From: Octopus vulgaris | Taxonomy: Eukaryota | Direction: 5' to 3' | Length of the DNA stretch: 64,000 bases | Assembly: GCA_951406725.2 (NCBI GenBank) | Contig: OX597833.1 | Location: 34,162,001 to 34,226,000, forward strand | Part shown: positions 51,495 through 64,000 of the stretch, piece by piece | Numbering within the stretch: position 1 is the first letter of the stretch | Layout of the letters: each line of letters opens with the position of its first letter | Made by a program: the position numbers and the translations under genes | Notes under the pieces: model-generated | The model's database searches: none | The model's input: only the letters and a program-made list of their open reading frames with translations | Told to the model about the DNA's origin: nothing

Positions 51495-52780
51495 CACGGT
51501 GCAGTAAATAAATTGTTGTCTAAATTACACAAAAATGAAAATAACACTGACATCTCATTTTAACAGATATATTTACAAAAATTACATAAAAATATATTGA
51601 AATACTGAAGAGTAAATTTATTCAATAAAATTACCATTGGCTTCAATCACGGCCTCCAAGTGACTTTGGAATCTCCTGCAATTCTTCTGGACAGTCTCCT
51701 TGTTTAAGTTGGTGAATGCTGCCATAATCTTTGCTTTCAGTTCATCTTTGATGTTACAAGGAGTTTTGTTGGTCTCTCAACTCAACTGTACCCCACACAT
51801 AATAATCAAGGGTGTTGCAGTGTGGTGAGTTAGGTGGCCAGATTTTAGGGGTGGTGTGGTCGTAGAAATTGTCTGACTGCTATGACTAGGTTCTCCTGTT
51901 TGTGTGGCACAGTGCAGAGTCCTGTTGCCAGACATAGGGTCTTCCAGCATCCACCCTCTTGACCCAGGGCAGCATTACCTCCTCCAGACATTTGATGTAG
52001 GCCTCTGTATTGAATCTGAGGTCGTGTGAGAAGATGAATGGAAGCATAACATCACTATCGCTAGTGATCACTCCAAACACCATGATGTTGACTGGATGTT
52101 TGATTTTTATTAGTCTCGGTACATGTTTTGGGGACAAGCCAACAGTTGTTCTGTGTTCACCATCTGATCATGGCAGAAATTTTTCTTGTCTGAGAAAAAC
52201 CAAAGCATGTTCAGTTGGCAGGGATGCTTGAGTTTGTTCAAAAGCTTCATAGCATGGGCTTTCCTCTTGTCCTTGATGGCTTGGGATAAAAATTGGCCCT
52301 TTCTCATCTTGTATGAGGAATACCAAATGTCTTCATGCACTACCTGCCCAATAAGAAACTCAGACACTCTAATGTGCCTGGCGATGGACCTGACTGATTT
52401 GGAGGGGTCGTTTTCATTCATGGCCTTGATCTCACCAACAAATTCAGGAGTTCTCTTATCAGAATGAGTTTTCTGAACTGCTGTACCTCTGTAATCACCA
52501 TTAGACTCATCCAACCCTTTCCAAATTCTCTGTACTGACCTCAGATTGACATCCAAACACTCAGAAATGTTTGTCTTGAAGCTTCTCGCACAAATGCCAA
52601 GAATTACAGCATGTCATTTCCAAATTTCTGGCAGAGTAAATTGCATCATGGTACTGTTTTTCTCACAGACAATGCCCAGTTGACCCTACTATACTGTATA
52701 GTCGACAAAACCAAAAACAAACTATGTGCATGTGTGAAATAAAAAATATAAAATGGCAACAATTTACCTATTGCACCCTG
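51495..52780 (-). mobile_element. Full-length but decayed maT (DD37D) Tc1/mariner element
   Basis: TA|cacggtgcagtaaataaattgttgtc...ggcaacaatttacctattgcaccctg|TA; catalytic remnants WFFSDKKNF, WQQDSALCH and WPPNSPHCNTLDYYVWG, with 37 residues between the second and third Asp. Confidence 0.88.
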
Positions 52781-53574
52781 TACACACACACATATATATA
52801 TATCTCAATTCAAATATATGGTAGCTTGAAATAATCACCATAATGTCATTTGTTGACAAGGTAGTCTACAAAAAGCTGTCATAAGATTGATCTTTCTGAC
52901 AGCTCTGGTTGAAGAGCATAAGCAAGAATAATAGTTGTTCCAGTTTGCAAAACTAGCCTATACTTAAGTATCTTCTCACACACTCTGCCTACCTTGACTG
53001 CCATATCAACCCATTTCTCAGCAAGAGTATGTCCACACCATCAATCCCATTGCTATTGCCTACCCAGATTGTATACTTACATCCTTTGCCTGTGACGAAC
53101 CTGGTAGAAGCCACCCCAGCTTCTTGAATGCAATACACATGTACACACCTTCATTCTAGCATCTCAACAATCTCCCTAGACCTACCTTTCAATGTTCCCA
53201 AGTACATGTATAAAGGTGTGTAACCTAGTGATTAGCATATTACCCTCATGATCACAAGATCATGGTTTTGATTCTTGCACCAGGTGGTACATTGTGTTCT
53301 TGAGCAAAAAAACATTTCACATTGCCCTGCAATCATTTTGACATCTTACATGTGGCAGAGTGTGCATCTGTACAAGCAATGTCAATTTGACAGCAAGAGC
53401 AAGCTAATGTACAGCATAAACATTTGTTACTATAAAACAAATCATCTGTGCAGGCAGTTCAGCAAGAAATTGCACAACTATTTTTCTCACACTCAAGAGA
53501 CTACCAAGAAGATATATGTATATATATACATATATATATATCTATCTAGCAAACTATCTATCAATATATGCTGA

Positions 53575-53917
53575 TGCTGAGACCCCCTTTGGTCACGACA
53601 CTGACCAAGGGATTGCACCTAGAAAGTTACCCTCCCAGGCACAAGTCCAGGCAAGGTTGTTTATAGAAGACCAGCAGTCGCCCATGCATACTGGCCTCCA
53701 CTCTCCATGCCACCAGTGCTATCCAAGGAAAAGGCAAAGGCCGAAACAGCTTGGCACCTGTGATGTCGCAACTCATTTCTACAGCTGAATGAACTGGAGC
53801 AACATGAAATAAAGTTTCTTGCTCAAGAACACAACACGCAGCCCGGTCCAGGATTCGAACTCACAACCTCACGATTGTAAGCTTGACGCTCGAACCACTG
53901 AGCCATGCACCTTCACA
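53575..53917 (-). mobile_element. tRNA-derived SINE
   Basis: Reverse complement begins gtgaaggtgcatggctcagtggttcgagcg...gagttcgaatcct (A and B boxes). Confidence 0.75.
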
Positions 53918-54242
53918 TTTTTGTGAATAGAAATAAGTTAATTGCTAAATTTATTTTTATCAGATTATTTAAGTATGCTGAAATAAGTAAAATATATTCT
54001 TTTTATTCTGAAGTTTATATATATACATAAATATATATAAACTCTGGCAAATAAAGTGAAAGTATGATCATCTTCCTCCTTCCCAACACATCATTTATAC
54101 ACAACCCACGAGTATGGAGTTCTATATCCTAACTACAACTTCTCTCTTTTATTTTATCAATAAGTATCTTCCACCACCCAACTTTCGACCCAGAACATGT
54201 ATGACTCAATAGATCAAAGAATGAAGATTAGTGAATACAAAC

Positions 54243-54279
54243 CAGTCTGGGTTGCCAAGCATTGATGTAGCATATCTTG
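54243..54279 (-). CDS. BBS12: BBS12-like small exon (37 nt)
   Basis: Strong pyrimidine tract tttctcatttcag|CA...TG|gtttgt; xRYATSMLGNPD(C), equivalent to the chaperonin 'xTxLGP' motif; phase-2 end fits the next exon. Confidence 0.75.
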
Positions 54280-56089
54280 CTGAAATGAGAAATAAAAGAA
54301 AATGGAGTAAAAATGATATTCAGTGTCAGATGTATGTATGGGGGGGGGGCACACATGCTTGTGTGTGTGTACATGTTTAAGTATGCTGCTAATTTACCAA
54401 TTACAATCACACTTATTCAGAAAATAATTGTCATTACTACAATTCTCATTGTTTCATGGAACATTTGTACACTCCCTTCTTCTAGTTTTGGTATGGGACA
54501 GACAAGTCTACCTTATGACATGTCAATAGAGTAGATACCATTTTACAACATTGTCTAATACTGTTCAAACTACACACCTTTCAAATGCTAAGCTTAGCAA
54601 TCTTTGATAGCTTCTCATGAAGACAGAAAAGTTTTCACATTGCAAAATCTGTTCTTCCTCCAACTAAAAAGCAAATTTCCATAAAGAATTTTTCATGTAT
54701 TGCATTCAGTACAGCTAGGGGTGATCATATTATTTTAATATGCAGTCAAGACAAAAAAGGATCTTAGTTTACACACTCAAAAATATATATCTATATATAT
54801 ACATATATAATGTATTGTTCCATGATAGAGAGATCAACAAAAAAGTACTCCATCTGGTGAAAGATAAATATTATTTATTTAAAGGTCACAATACATGTCT
54901 TTAAGGGCTACTAATAATTTCATATGTTGAGAAATACCTCAAACATATTCATCAGGCACAAATATGCACACAGGCTTAGCTGTGTGATTAAAAAAGTTTA
55001 CTTCCTCACATCATGGTTTTAGGTTCAGTCCAAATGTGTTGCACCCTGAGCAAGTATCTATAGTTCCAAGCCAACCAAATCTTTTGGATTTGAAAGGTGG
55101 TAACTGAAAGCCCTAGTATATGTGTGTGTGTGTGTTTGTGTCTCCTTGCAGTGACATCATGTGACTGATGTAAATGAATGTCATTCATTTCAATATTCTA
55201 CAAAAAACATGTCCAGCTATGGGGAAATACTAGAATACAGGTAAGGATAGGTATCAGGAAAGTTATCAAACCCACACAAGAATGGATAAGTGGAGTGGAT
55301 GTTAAAATGCTGTTGCAGACAATCATATATATTATATGCCTTTCATATAAGAGACTAAGAATAACTGACACTGTACTTTGCTTAATAATTTATTGAAAAA
55401 ATTAATAGCCATTAGAATAGTTAAAATCACAATATATATTTTAAAAATTTAGGCAGCTAATCACTAATATTGTACTTAATTGAATTCTAATTTATTTTTC
55501 CAATACTTCTTTTTCATTTTTAATGATTTCAGATAATTTCACACACTCTACACCTTTAAAATTAAATATGCATGAAATAATAGCATTGATTGTTGAAATA
55601 TCTAGTCTGTTCTTTTTTCATCCAGTCATTCATTTCAGATTTGTAGAGAGAAAAAAATTTTAATGTTTATATAAAAACAAAATGGAAAATATTTATCATC
55701 AACATGAAAAATTATTTTAAAAAATTTAAATACAATTAAAAAATTGGGGCAAAGCATTCTTTCAGGATAATGGGACTGTTCTTTGGAAACTGGGATGAAT
55801 ACCAGAAAACTGAGACATCTGAGCACTCTAAGTATACCACTTCTTCACTTATTTATCCATGACACTGATCCATTCAAGCTAATTCTCTTAACTCATTTTA
55901 ATTTTCCTAATTTGACAATCTCTCAGTATGTTGCCCAAAAGTCTCATATCTTAACATCACATCATTTATGTCAATTAATCTTTCAAAGGCATTTTAAATT
56001 GACACTGTTTAAACAGAATGCTCTCTCTCTCTCTATGAGGGAGTGGACATACAAAATAAAGTGGCTCTCAATATATTTGGTAGGAGTTA

Positions 56090-57290
56090 TATGAAGGTAA
56101 GTCAAAAATTGTACACACTCTTGTTTCTTTAATTTATTAAAACAAAAGTAGGGGTTGAACAATTACATCATTTTTTAACGTAGTTTTCTTGCTTTTCAAA
56201 GCACTTCTTCCAGTGGTCCACAAGTTTGTTTATTCTATCAGAGAAGAAGGTTCTTCAGGTGGTTGTGCAACCATTCATGCACTGCTTCCTGCATGTATTT
56301 GCCCACAGAAAATTGACAACCTCATAAAGAATGTTTGAGTGGTCCACAGAGGTGATAGTTGGAAGGGGTGATTCCTGGATTGTATGTAGAGTGTTTCAGT
56401 AACTTGAAACCCAATTTTTCAATGGTTTCAATGGTGTGGGTGGCTGTACATTGTTGTGCAACAACACTTCCTTTGACAATAGACTTTGGTATTTGGTGTG
56501 AATAGCTGGTTTCATTTTGTTGGCCAGCATTTAACTGTAGCCTACACTGGTGACTCTGTAACCTTCCGGTAAAAAACCCTTTTGCATCCCAGAAAACAGT
56601 TTGCATGACTTCTTTTGCAGAAAGTTAAGTCTTCAATTACTTTGCTGATAATTCTGGGATTTCCACACTGGCTCAAACTGATGAACCCAACTCTCATCTT
56701 CTGTAACAATTATCTCCAAAAGAACTTTGCCTTCAATGTTGTAGAGGTTGAGTAAACATTAACAAACCTCCACACAACTAAGCTTTCCACACATTGGTAA
56801 GCTCTCACAGCATCGAAGCTTGTCATGAATGTTTCGCACACAGAACTAAGACTAACTTGCAGAGAACCTGCCACCTCATTGATAGTCACTCATCAGTTCA
56901 CCAGAACCATCTCTCAAGCTTGTTGAATCTCCATGTTAGTGGTGGAAGTTGATAAGTGCCCTGCTCCCTCTTAGTGCTTCACATTTATCTGGCCAGTCTT
57001 AAACTTCTCACTCCACTCATACACACGTCAAAGTGGTTATGTAGTGTCTCCATATTGTACTGAAACCCTATGATGAATTTCAGCCCTTGACACATCTCAG
57101 ACCAGAGAAATCTGATCACTGATCTCTGTTCTTCCTTGGTGCACGCTGCCAGCAGGATAGACATATTTATTCTGTAACACAAGAAAGAAAACTGAAATTA
57201 TCAAGGTCAAACTTCAGATACATAACCACAAGTGTACTATCTTTTAGCATGTGAGTGCTGAAGGCAATGCAGCCAACCTAAAGTAAGTTC
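56090..57290 (-). mobile_element. Decayed mariner element
   Basis: KEEQRSVIRFLWSE (HTH start), TVFWDAKG, LKHSTYNPGITPSNYHLCGPLK (decayed HPPYSPDLAPSD). Confidence 0.85.
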
Positions 57291-57479
57291 TTGTTTATTT
57301 TTTTGTAACAGTTTGATTCAGTTCCATATGACAAAGTTTCACAGACACATAAGATGAACCCATTTCATCAACTATCTCTCCATATATCTGGTGAGATGGG
57401 TTCATCCTACATAATTAGTAAATTTTAAGTCATGTAGAGCTGAGTTACCACATAGCGAAAAGGAATATCGTTCTGAAGT

Positions 57480-60400
57480 GTAAAGACAACACTGTCAAAA
57501 ATATACATTGGTCCTATGATATTACTGCTTTATGTTCTTTATAGTCAATGGTGAGGATAAGTACCACTTTGGAATATCATAAGCTGGATCAAATTCTTCA
57601 AAATCTGTTTTGTGTGTGAACTTTGTATACCTATCATGTCATATTTCACAATTCATTCAGCCACCTGTCTGAAAGTCAAACTCTCTTCCATAAAACTGTA
57701 GTGGATATGCATGCTAAGATACCATCTGAGAAATTGTGCTATATTAGAACTCACAAAAAAGTGCTGTGGACAGACACCTTTTTGCATTTACAAGAAGCAC
57801 CAATAATGATGAAGCTGGTGGAAAAACTGGTCAGCTTTGTGTTCTACCATCAAGTTGTATGTGTAACTACCACTGCATGTACAAACAAACACATGAAACA
57901 ATGGCATATTTTCATTGCTTCAGCAGCCTAGAACACTTCAGTACTTCTGCTGCAACTCCAAATGAAAATTTAAGAGATTTGTCCAGGTCAAACATTCTCA
58001 CAACTAAAGTTTTCCATATAAAACTGAGAAAATGAATGATTGCTAACTGCAAAGTATTTGGACATGTATATCAAAGAATGCCAAAAATGGGTTTGCTACA
58101 TACAATCAAATTGATTCCATCATATTACCAGAGCCTCAAGAAAAGTGCTCTTCAATATTGTTAAACCCTAGATGCTTAATGGGCTTTGTTGCGACTTTAG
58201 CAGGAATTCACCTTGCAAAGAAGACAACTAATGCATCAATTAACTCAAAACAGATGAAAATAGATGTTCCTCTAACAGAAGAGCATTAGAAGATGGAGGC
58301 ACTCAAAACGTGATTGGACTGCATGAAATTGACAATGAATAGTTTCCTCATGCTCCCTCCTAAGGAACAAATTCAATGCAGCTGAGTTCTGTAACTCAAT
58401 AAAGTCTATCAAATACTACTGAAAATAAGTTAACAAGAAATCTAATACAGCAATGTTTGCTCTGATGAAGCAAAATAGTTTTGATAACATCATCCAATTT
58501 CAGCATGGATGATACATCAACAACGACACTTTTTAACATATTTTTGTTTTTTACATTCATGAGAGATATCCAGGCATTCAACAACTTGTTGTGCACTTGG
58601 AAAATGGCCAATGAGTTTACTTCACAAGCACAATATCCAGGGGACCCAATACTTACAACGCTTATTCAAGAGGACAGCTTTGCCAGTCCTCTTGCATAAG
58701 CATTGTTGTACCATCATATAGTAGGTTCTATCCTACTATATGTGGAACACATCATAAAGATAAAAAAACAAGGTTGAAAACAAGCCTGACATAAGTTTTA
58801 ACAGTGCTATTTAGACAGTATATACTGTATATCCCAGTCAACATGGATGCTTCTCCATGAAGATTGAGGTCCAAGTCGATTTCAAAGCCTTCATAATGTA
58901 GGTGGAAAAGTTTGCACCACCTATTGAGAGGCATGCCTTAGGCATGATACCAAATGGGATGCAACATTGTCACAATCTTCTGAATCTCAAACAACCAAAA
59001 TTATTTGGGTTTTGTATACTGCACTATTAAAATGCTGTGATCTTTCCAATCTGCTTTAAGCTTGACTCATATATCATGATGACATAGCTGAAAATTTCAA
59101 GCATCAAGTAGAACAATAACCAACTTCTCCCAATATGGAAATAGGATGTGTACATGAATTCTACAATGCAGCCTTCAATGACTTTGAGAAGAAGCTCAAT
59201 AATATAAATGGTCAACAAAAAAATAAGTTCTCCCTTAACCTAACCACTCTGAAGTCAATAAGCTATGAAAGAGACATAACAAAATGGTGACACATAAAGA
59301 TAATATATCAATGACCATGAACCCAAACTTGCTGAAGATAAAAATTCTACTATTTTTGAAAAGGCTCACCAAAAAGAAGCTGGGATGTTTCCTTGATGCT
59401 CCTCTTGGAACTGGAAAGACATTCTTGTGCTGTTGTTTTTCAGGTATTGCTGCTATGCTCCTTCCTAGTGCCATACAGCACTTTCTATTTGCAAGGTTCT
59501 CTAAGATACACATGATGCACCAGCATACATTTCCAGTATTCAAGAACCAGACATGAGAATCCAAATGCTTGCCTAGAATGAAGGGACAATTACCCCTTTA
59601 CTTATTTCAGTCATTTGATTGTGGTCATGCTGGAGCACCGCCTTTAGTCGAGCAAATTGTCCCCAGGACTTATTCTTTGTAAGCCTAGTACTTATTCTAT
59701 CAGTCTCTTTTGCTGAACCGCTAAGTTATGGCGATGTAAACACACCAGCATTGGTTGTCAAGCGATGTTGGGGGGACAAACACAGACATACACACATACA
59801 TACATATATGACGGGCTTCTTTCAATTTCCATCTACCAAATCCACTTACAAGGCTTTGGTCAGCCCGAGGTTATAGTAGAAGACACTTGCCCAAGGCGCC
59901 ATGCAGTGGGACTGAACCCGGAACCATGTGGTTCGTAAGCAAACTACGTAGCACACAGTGACTCCTACGCAAGAGAACATTTGAGATCCTCGACAAGATA
60001 TTGGAGAACTTACATGACAACAGATCTCAAAAGAAAGGTATTGCCAGGTGACTTCCATCAAAATCCAGCCAGATCACAAAAGAGAACAAAAACCAATGAA
60101 ATCCATACCAGCCTTCAATCATCATTGATTCAGACTAAGGTTAATATTTAAACTAACTACCAAAACCAGGCTCTGTCTTTTTGGAGATCAGCTGTCAGGT
60201 TAGTTTGCCAAACATGTTTTGAGCTAGAAAGTGAAGACTTCTTTCTAACAATAATGTTGCCACTGAGCCAATGAATTAACATCAAAGGTATTTATGACTC
60301 CTAACTTGCAACATCTTAACCTAATATGAGAAAGAGCTAGACCTGTATCAAAAATATTATGATCAAGATCATCAACAGATAGCTGTTGCAGGTACTTCAA

Positions 60401-60800
60401 GGAAAAGTCACACCAAATCAATGGCTTAAGCTCTAGATTAGGAAGAAGTAATTCACTTTCCCACAAAATTTGAAACATTCTAGGAATCTTCAGGTTTATC
60501 TCAGACTTCAGCTAAAAGAAAAATCCTCGATAATGTTGTATAATTTAGATCAGCCAAAGTTATGCAATGATACAAAACTAATGGTTAACAAACATCATCG
60601 AAGCTAACATTCTCACTGATACACCAATGGAGAGGATGTGATTATATGCCATCCACACTAATAGATGTGCTCTTTTTATTTAGAAGATTTCAGTTTCTAG
60701 TATATGTCAATTTCTAAATCCCGAGGGCAAACAATAATAGCTGATGGACTGTATCTTGAGGATTCCTACTTTGCTCATGACCATAATATCTAGAAGTACT
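57480..60800 (+). mobile_element. Heavily decayed autonomous Helitron (Rep and Pif1 helicase)
   Basis: KIPSEKLCYIRTHKKVL (compare KIESERLxYIRxxQxKL), VLPSS...HETMAY, FLDAPLGTGKTF (Walker A), SGIAAMLLP and later helicase remnants near 60550-60710; interrupted by a SINE; boundaries approximate. Confidence 0.75.
59597..59970 (-). mobile_element. Composite tRNA-derived SINE, relatively young
   Basis: Reverse complement begins gcgtaggagtcactgtgtg...accacatggttccgggttcagtcccactgc; CpGs retained. Confidence 0.8.
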
Positions 60801-61386
60801 GATATGCATGTAGATATTTACTAAGGCTGTGATGGAGAGATCTAATACTGTTGTAGTTGGGACTCATGACAATTCTCAGTACCAGCTCTTACTACATATA
60901 TTGCAAGTTCCAATATTTAAATATGAGTTTTCTCTATGCACTCCAGTTTCCACATGTTATAACATGTGGAAAGGATGATTTTACTTCGAAGGTGATTGAC
61001 AATCTGGTTCATATTCATTTTTCAAATTGGTTTCAAATAGAATTAAACTGATTTTATTTTCACTTGATCATGTTTACTCATTTAATATGCTTGAATTAGT
61101 TATATACCATTTACACAAATAAATTATATAATACACTGAACCCAAATCTGAAGCACATTGCATTAGATATCAGACTACTATAAATATAGAAAACAATTTA
61201 ATTTCTTGAAAAGAAGATAAATTTTCACAAGAAATCCCAGTGTTCTGTTATACAAAATACATTTTTATTAAAATCAATTCTGGGTCATTTACAATGATGG
61301 TGTTGATTAAAAGGAAACTGAAAGCATATGATTACAAGGTGACCAGCGGCATTTTTATTACATACCCATCACTATACCTATATTAA

Positions 61387-61606
61387 CCTTTTATCATTTA
61401 ATCCAGCCATATACAGCCCACATATTCAACTTGTTTTATGTTAAAACTGACTAGATCCAACCTCTCAGACCTACCCTACAATGCCATTCTAAAAATATAT
61501 GAACATGCCATTGAAATCTTTAAGCCAAAAGATAATCCATGATTAATTCTAAACAATGTGAATAAATAAGCAATACATTTGACAAAGCAATCTGAATGCT
61601 AAAGGG
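61387..61606. mobile_element. piggyBac-type MITE
   Basis: ttaa|ccttttatcattt...gaatgctaaaggg|ttaa; homologous to 12406-12590. Confidence 0.75.
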
Positions 61607-61981
61607 TTAAACAATATATATTCCATATGTAAATTAAACATTATTTATTCGTGGAGTTATGCAAAACAAAGCCTAATTGCCTACATTTCTATTTTCTATT
61701 CTTTAAGAAAATTTCTTCATGGTTATGAAAATTGTGAAAACAAGCTCTGAAAGTCCATCTTTTAAAAGCTTCTTGCCAGTGCACACCCTCTGTTTCAGAG
61801 TAGACAATCAACACTAGCTCTTCCATTTTTGACATTGTATTCGAAAACTATTCTCTGAATTAGATATATTATTCAGAGGAAAATATAATCCTACCAGAAA
61901 AAAATCTAATTTAAATTTAGGGTTAAGATTAAAGTTTAAAATTAGTTACATGGAGAGGGAACAAATTCAAAAAAATTAAAT

Positions 61982-62850
61982 GGATCTTTTCCCTTTGAAC
62001 AGCAGATCAAGAAATTAATTTTTTGTACTAAACACTTTCAAACTTCAGACACTGGCAGAACGTGTCATATAAAACATCTTTTACTCTTAGTGTTGTTGAG
62101 AAAAGTTTAAATTTTCAAAGTGATTTCGTGTTAAGTTGTCGTATTTCAGTAATTTCAACCAATCAGTGACGTGTATTCAGCTGAATAAAATTACTGCCGT
62201 TGTTTGTCAACAACTATCAGCAGTGTATATTTCGTTTGTCACTGTTATTTATGACATCATTCATGCATTTGCACTGATTTTAGGGTTAGGGTTAGGATTA
62301 GGGTTTTAGGGTTAGGGTTTGAGAGTTAGAGTTAGGGTTTTAGGGCTAGGGTTGGGAGGTTAGGGTTAGAGTTATGGAAAAAAAAGTGGAAAATGAAGAA
62401 ATTTGGTGGCGGAGGGTGGGGGGTGGGGCAAAAAGTCTTTCCGAAAATAGTAGCTGAAAAACAGGAAAAAAACTAAAAGCAGTAGAAATGCACAAACGAT
62501 TGCTGTTGTGCCATGAAGTAAACATGCTTTAGATACACTCATTTATTCATACAAATGTAACGGAGATGAAATATGTCATAAATAACAGTGACAAACGAAA
62601 TATACACTGCTGGAAGTTGTTGTTGACAAAAAACGGCAGTAATTTTATTCAGCTGAATACATGTTATTGATTGGTTGAAATTACCGAAATATGACTTTAA
62701 CACGAAATCACTTTGAAAATACAAACTTTTCTCAACAACACTAAGAGTAAAAGATGTTTTATATGACACATTCTACCAGTGTCCAAAGTTTGAAAGTGTT
62801 TAGTTACAAAAAATTAATTTCTCGATATGCCGTTCAAAGGGTAAAGATCC
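61982..62850. mobile_element. Non-autonomous DNA transposon with TIRs of about 276 bp, 8-bp TSD and internal telomeric repeats
   Basis: 61982-62257 is the reverse complement of 62573-62850 (GGATC...GATCC); aattaaat at 61974-61981 and 62851-62858. Confidence 0.9.
62279..62372 (+). repeat. Degenerate interstitial (TTAGGG)n tract
   Basis: ttagggttagggttaggattagggttttagggttaggg... Confidence 0.9.
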
Positions 62851-63499
62851 AATTAAATTTGTGATTTTCTTTTTATATGGAACTAGGAATCAAAAAAATT
62901 TCTAAATAAGTTAAAAGATACATGAGTAGGATGTTTACTGCACAACTCAACCATATATTATAACACCTTTCTTTTTATAGGCAAGTAAATTTTCAGAAAC
63001 AGAAAAAAATGCTTGTTGCTGATAATATAAATGCAATGATATAATAATTTTATGCAGAATTACCATCATTTAAATTCAACTAATTAGCTAAAAACAGTCT
63101 ATTTTCTGGGCAACCCTGGTATCCTTCAAGTATACATACATATGTATGTATGACAAGAAGGGCTTCAACATATTCTATCTTGCCCATGCAAGCATGGAAA
63201 AGTTGACATTAAACAATGGTGATGACGGTTATTTTATTGAGTACATCTTTAATTGAGGCCTTCCATCCAAATCTTACTATGCAGGATATTTCAGCATTCA
63301 TGCCTCAGCATACATTTCTTTTCTTCCCCAAGTAGATACACTCCTTCATTTCATCCTTCACATCATTATTCAGCTTCATGCTGTTTTCATAGCAGAGGAG
63401 TCCAACCCATGCAAGCTTGGAAAATAGACGTTAAAGGATGATGATGATGATGATGATGAATTATTTTGTTTTCATATAGTTTATTTTGAGGCCTACTGC

Positions 63500-64000
63500 T
63501 GAACTATAGGTGTCCAGCTTTGTCAGCATTCTCTTTCAGCTGAACTGATTTATGTTTCTGGGAACTGGAGGTGTATCTTACCATTGATGTCAATGTCACC
63601 AATCAATGTCTCTGATGACCAATTCAAAACATGACGAATAGCTTCAGAGAGATGGCATCTCCTTGTTTAACACCCTTTGTGACTGGAACTAATATAGATG
63701 GTGACAGCTAACCTATATCAAAGCACATCTTGAGCTTGTCTCTCTGAGAAGTTTGATGTATTGTGCTTCAACTTTTTGCATTTCCTGAGACTCCAGTGCT
63801 ACATTCACCTTCACACCTTCAATGGCCTTTTCACAATCAACAAAGGAGATACAAAGAGACAGCTGCTACTCTTTTGTTCATTTTAGAAGCTATGTCAGAA
63901 TGAATATGTAGTCTATTATACTGTAGTTACTTGGAAAACCTACATGTCTCCTCAGTTGTTGGTCATCAAGATGCTTCAACAGTCTAGTGGAGTGCTAGCT
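63500..64000 (-). mobile_element. Decayed RTE-like LINE reverse transcriptase fragment
   Basis: Minus-strand remnants 'LFVDCEKA' and 'VTKGVKQGDAISLKLF'; runs off the window edge. Confidence 0.6.

Larger units (their letters stand above)
29106..54279 (-). other. BBS12: Gene span: Bardet-Biedl syndrome 12-like (group II chaperonin-related) protein, 5'-partial, 10 coding exons, about 739 codons visible
   Basis: Spliced translation is collinear with human BBS12 as recalled: TSMLGNPDCIKCI, GCGTKSLLYFIGQW, GISIYLI, AFCHG, LDVKRLHTCCIQG (FDISRIFTCCLPG), LLNGDVSYNNHHVGYKK (LIEGDLTENYRHLGFNK), EQEFWLCCHRV...FLAGQG (EDRFWTCAYRL...FLGGG), ILDDFHSKIHGWKRAIQLVCILLHTD ([26 protein letters not shown]). Confidence 0.9.

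Noticed and set aside
62279-62372. TTAGGG tract as a chromosome end or fusion scar
   Set aside because: Short, degenerate, in a single orientation and enclosed by TIRs with a TSD, so it is transposon cargo.

Overview
AT-rich, repeat-dense animal genomic DNA. The SINE families and the (TA)n/(CA)n/(ATC)n microsatellites suggest an octopus or other coleoid cephalopod; this is inferred from repeat style, not proven. Two convergent spliced genes could be reconstructed by hand with GT-AG boundaries and consistent phases. (1) Plus strand, 1579-25099: an RRP1/RRP1B (Nop52-domain) ribosome biogenesis gene. Eleven coding exons are visible and the first exon appears to lie upstream of the window. It carries a very large Asp/Glu-rich insert, a PP1-type RVxF motif and the conserved C-terminal 'ADFF'. 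(2) Minus strand, 54279-29106: a BBS12-like chaperonin-related gene with at least 10 coding exons; the start exon was not securely located. Introns and intergenic DNA are filled with decayed transposons: Ty3/Gypsy, CR1/L2, RTE and R4/Dong-like LINEs, mariner and maT (DD37D), Chapaev-like, Helitron, piggyBac-type MITEs and tRNA-derived SINEs. Notable structures are a long-TIR element with internal telomeric repeats, two long hairpins, local duplications, and a tandem splice donor that can create a stop codon right after the Nop52 domain. No prokaryote-type system or CRISPR array is present. All homology calls come from remembered motifs, not database searches.
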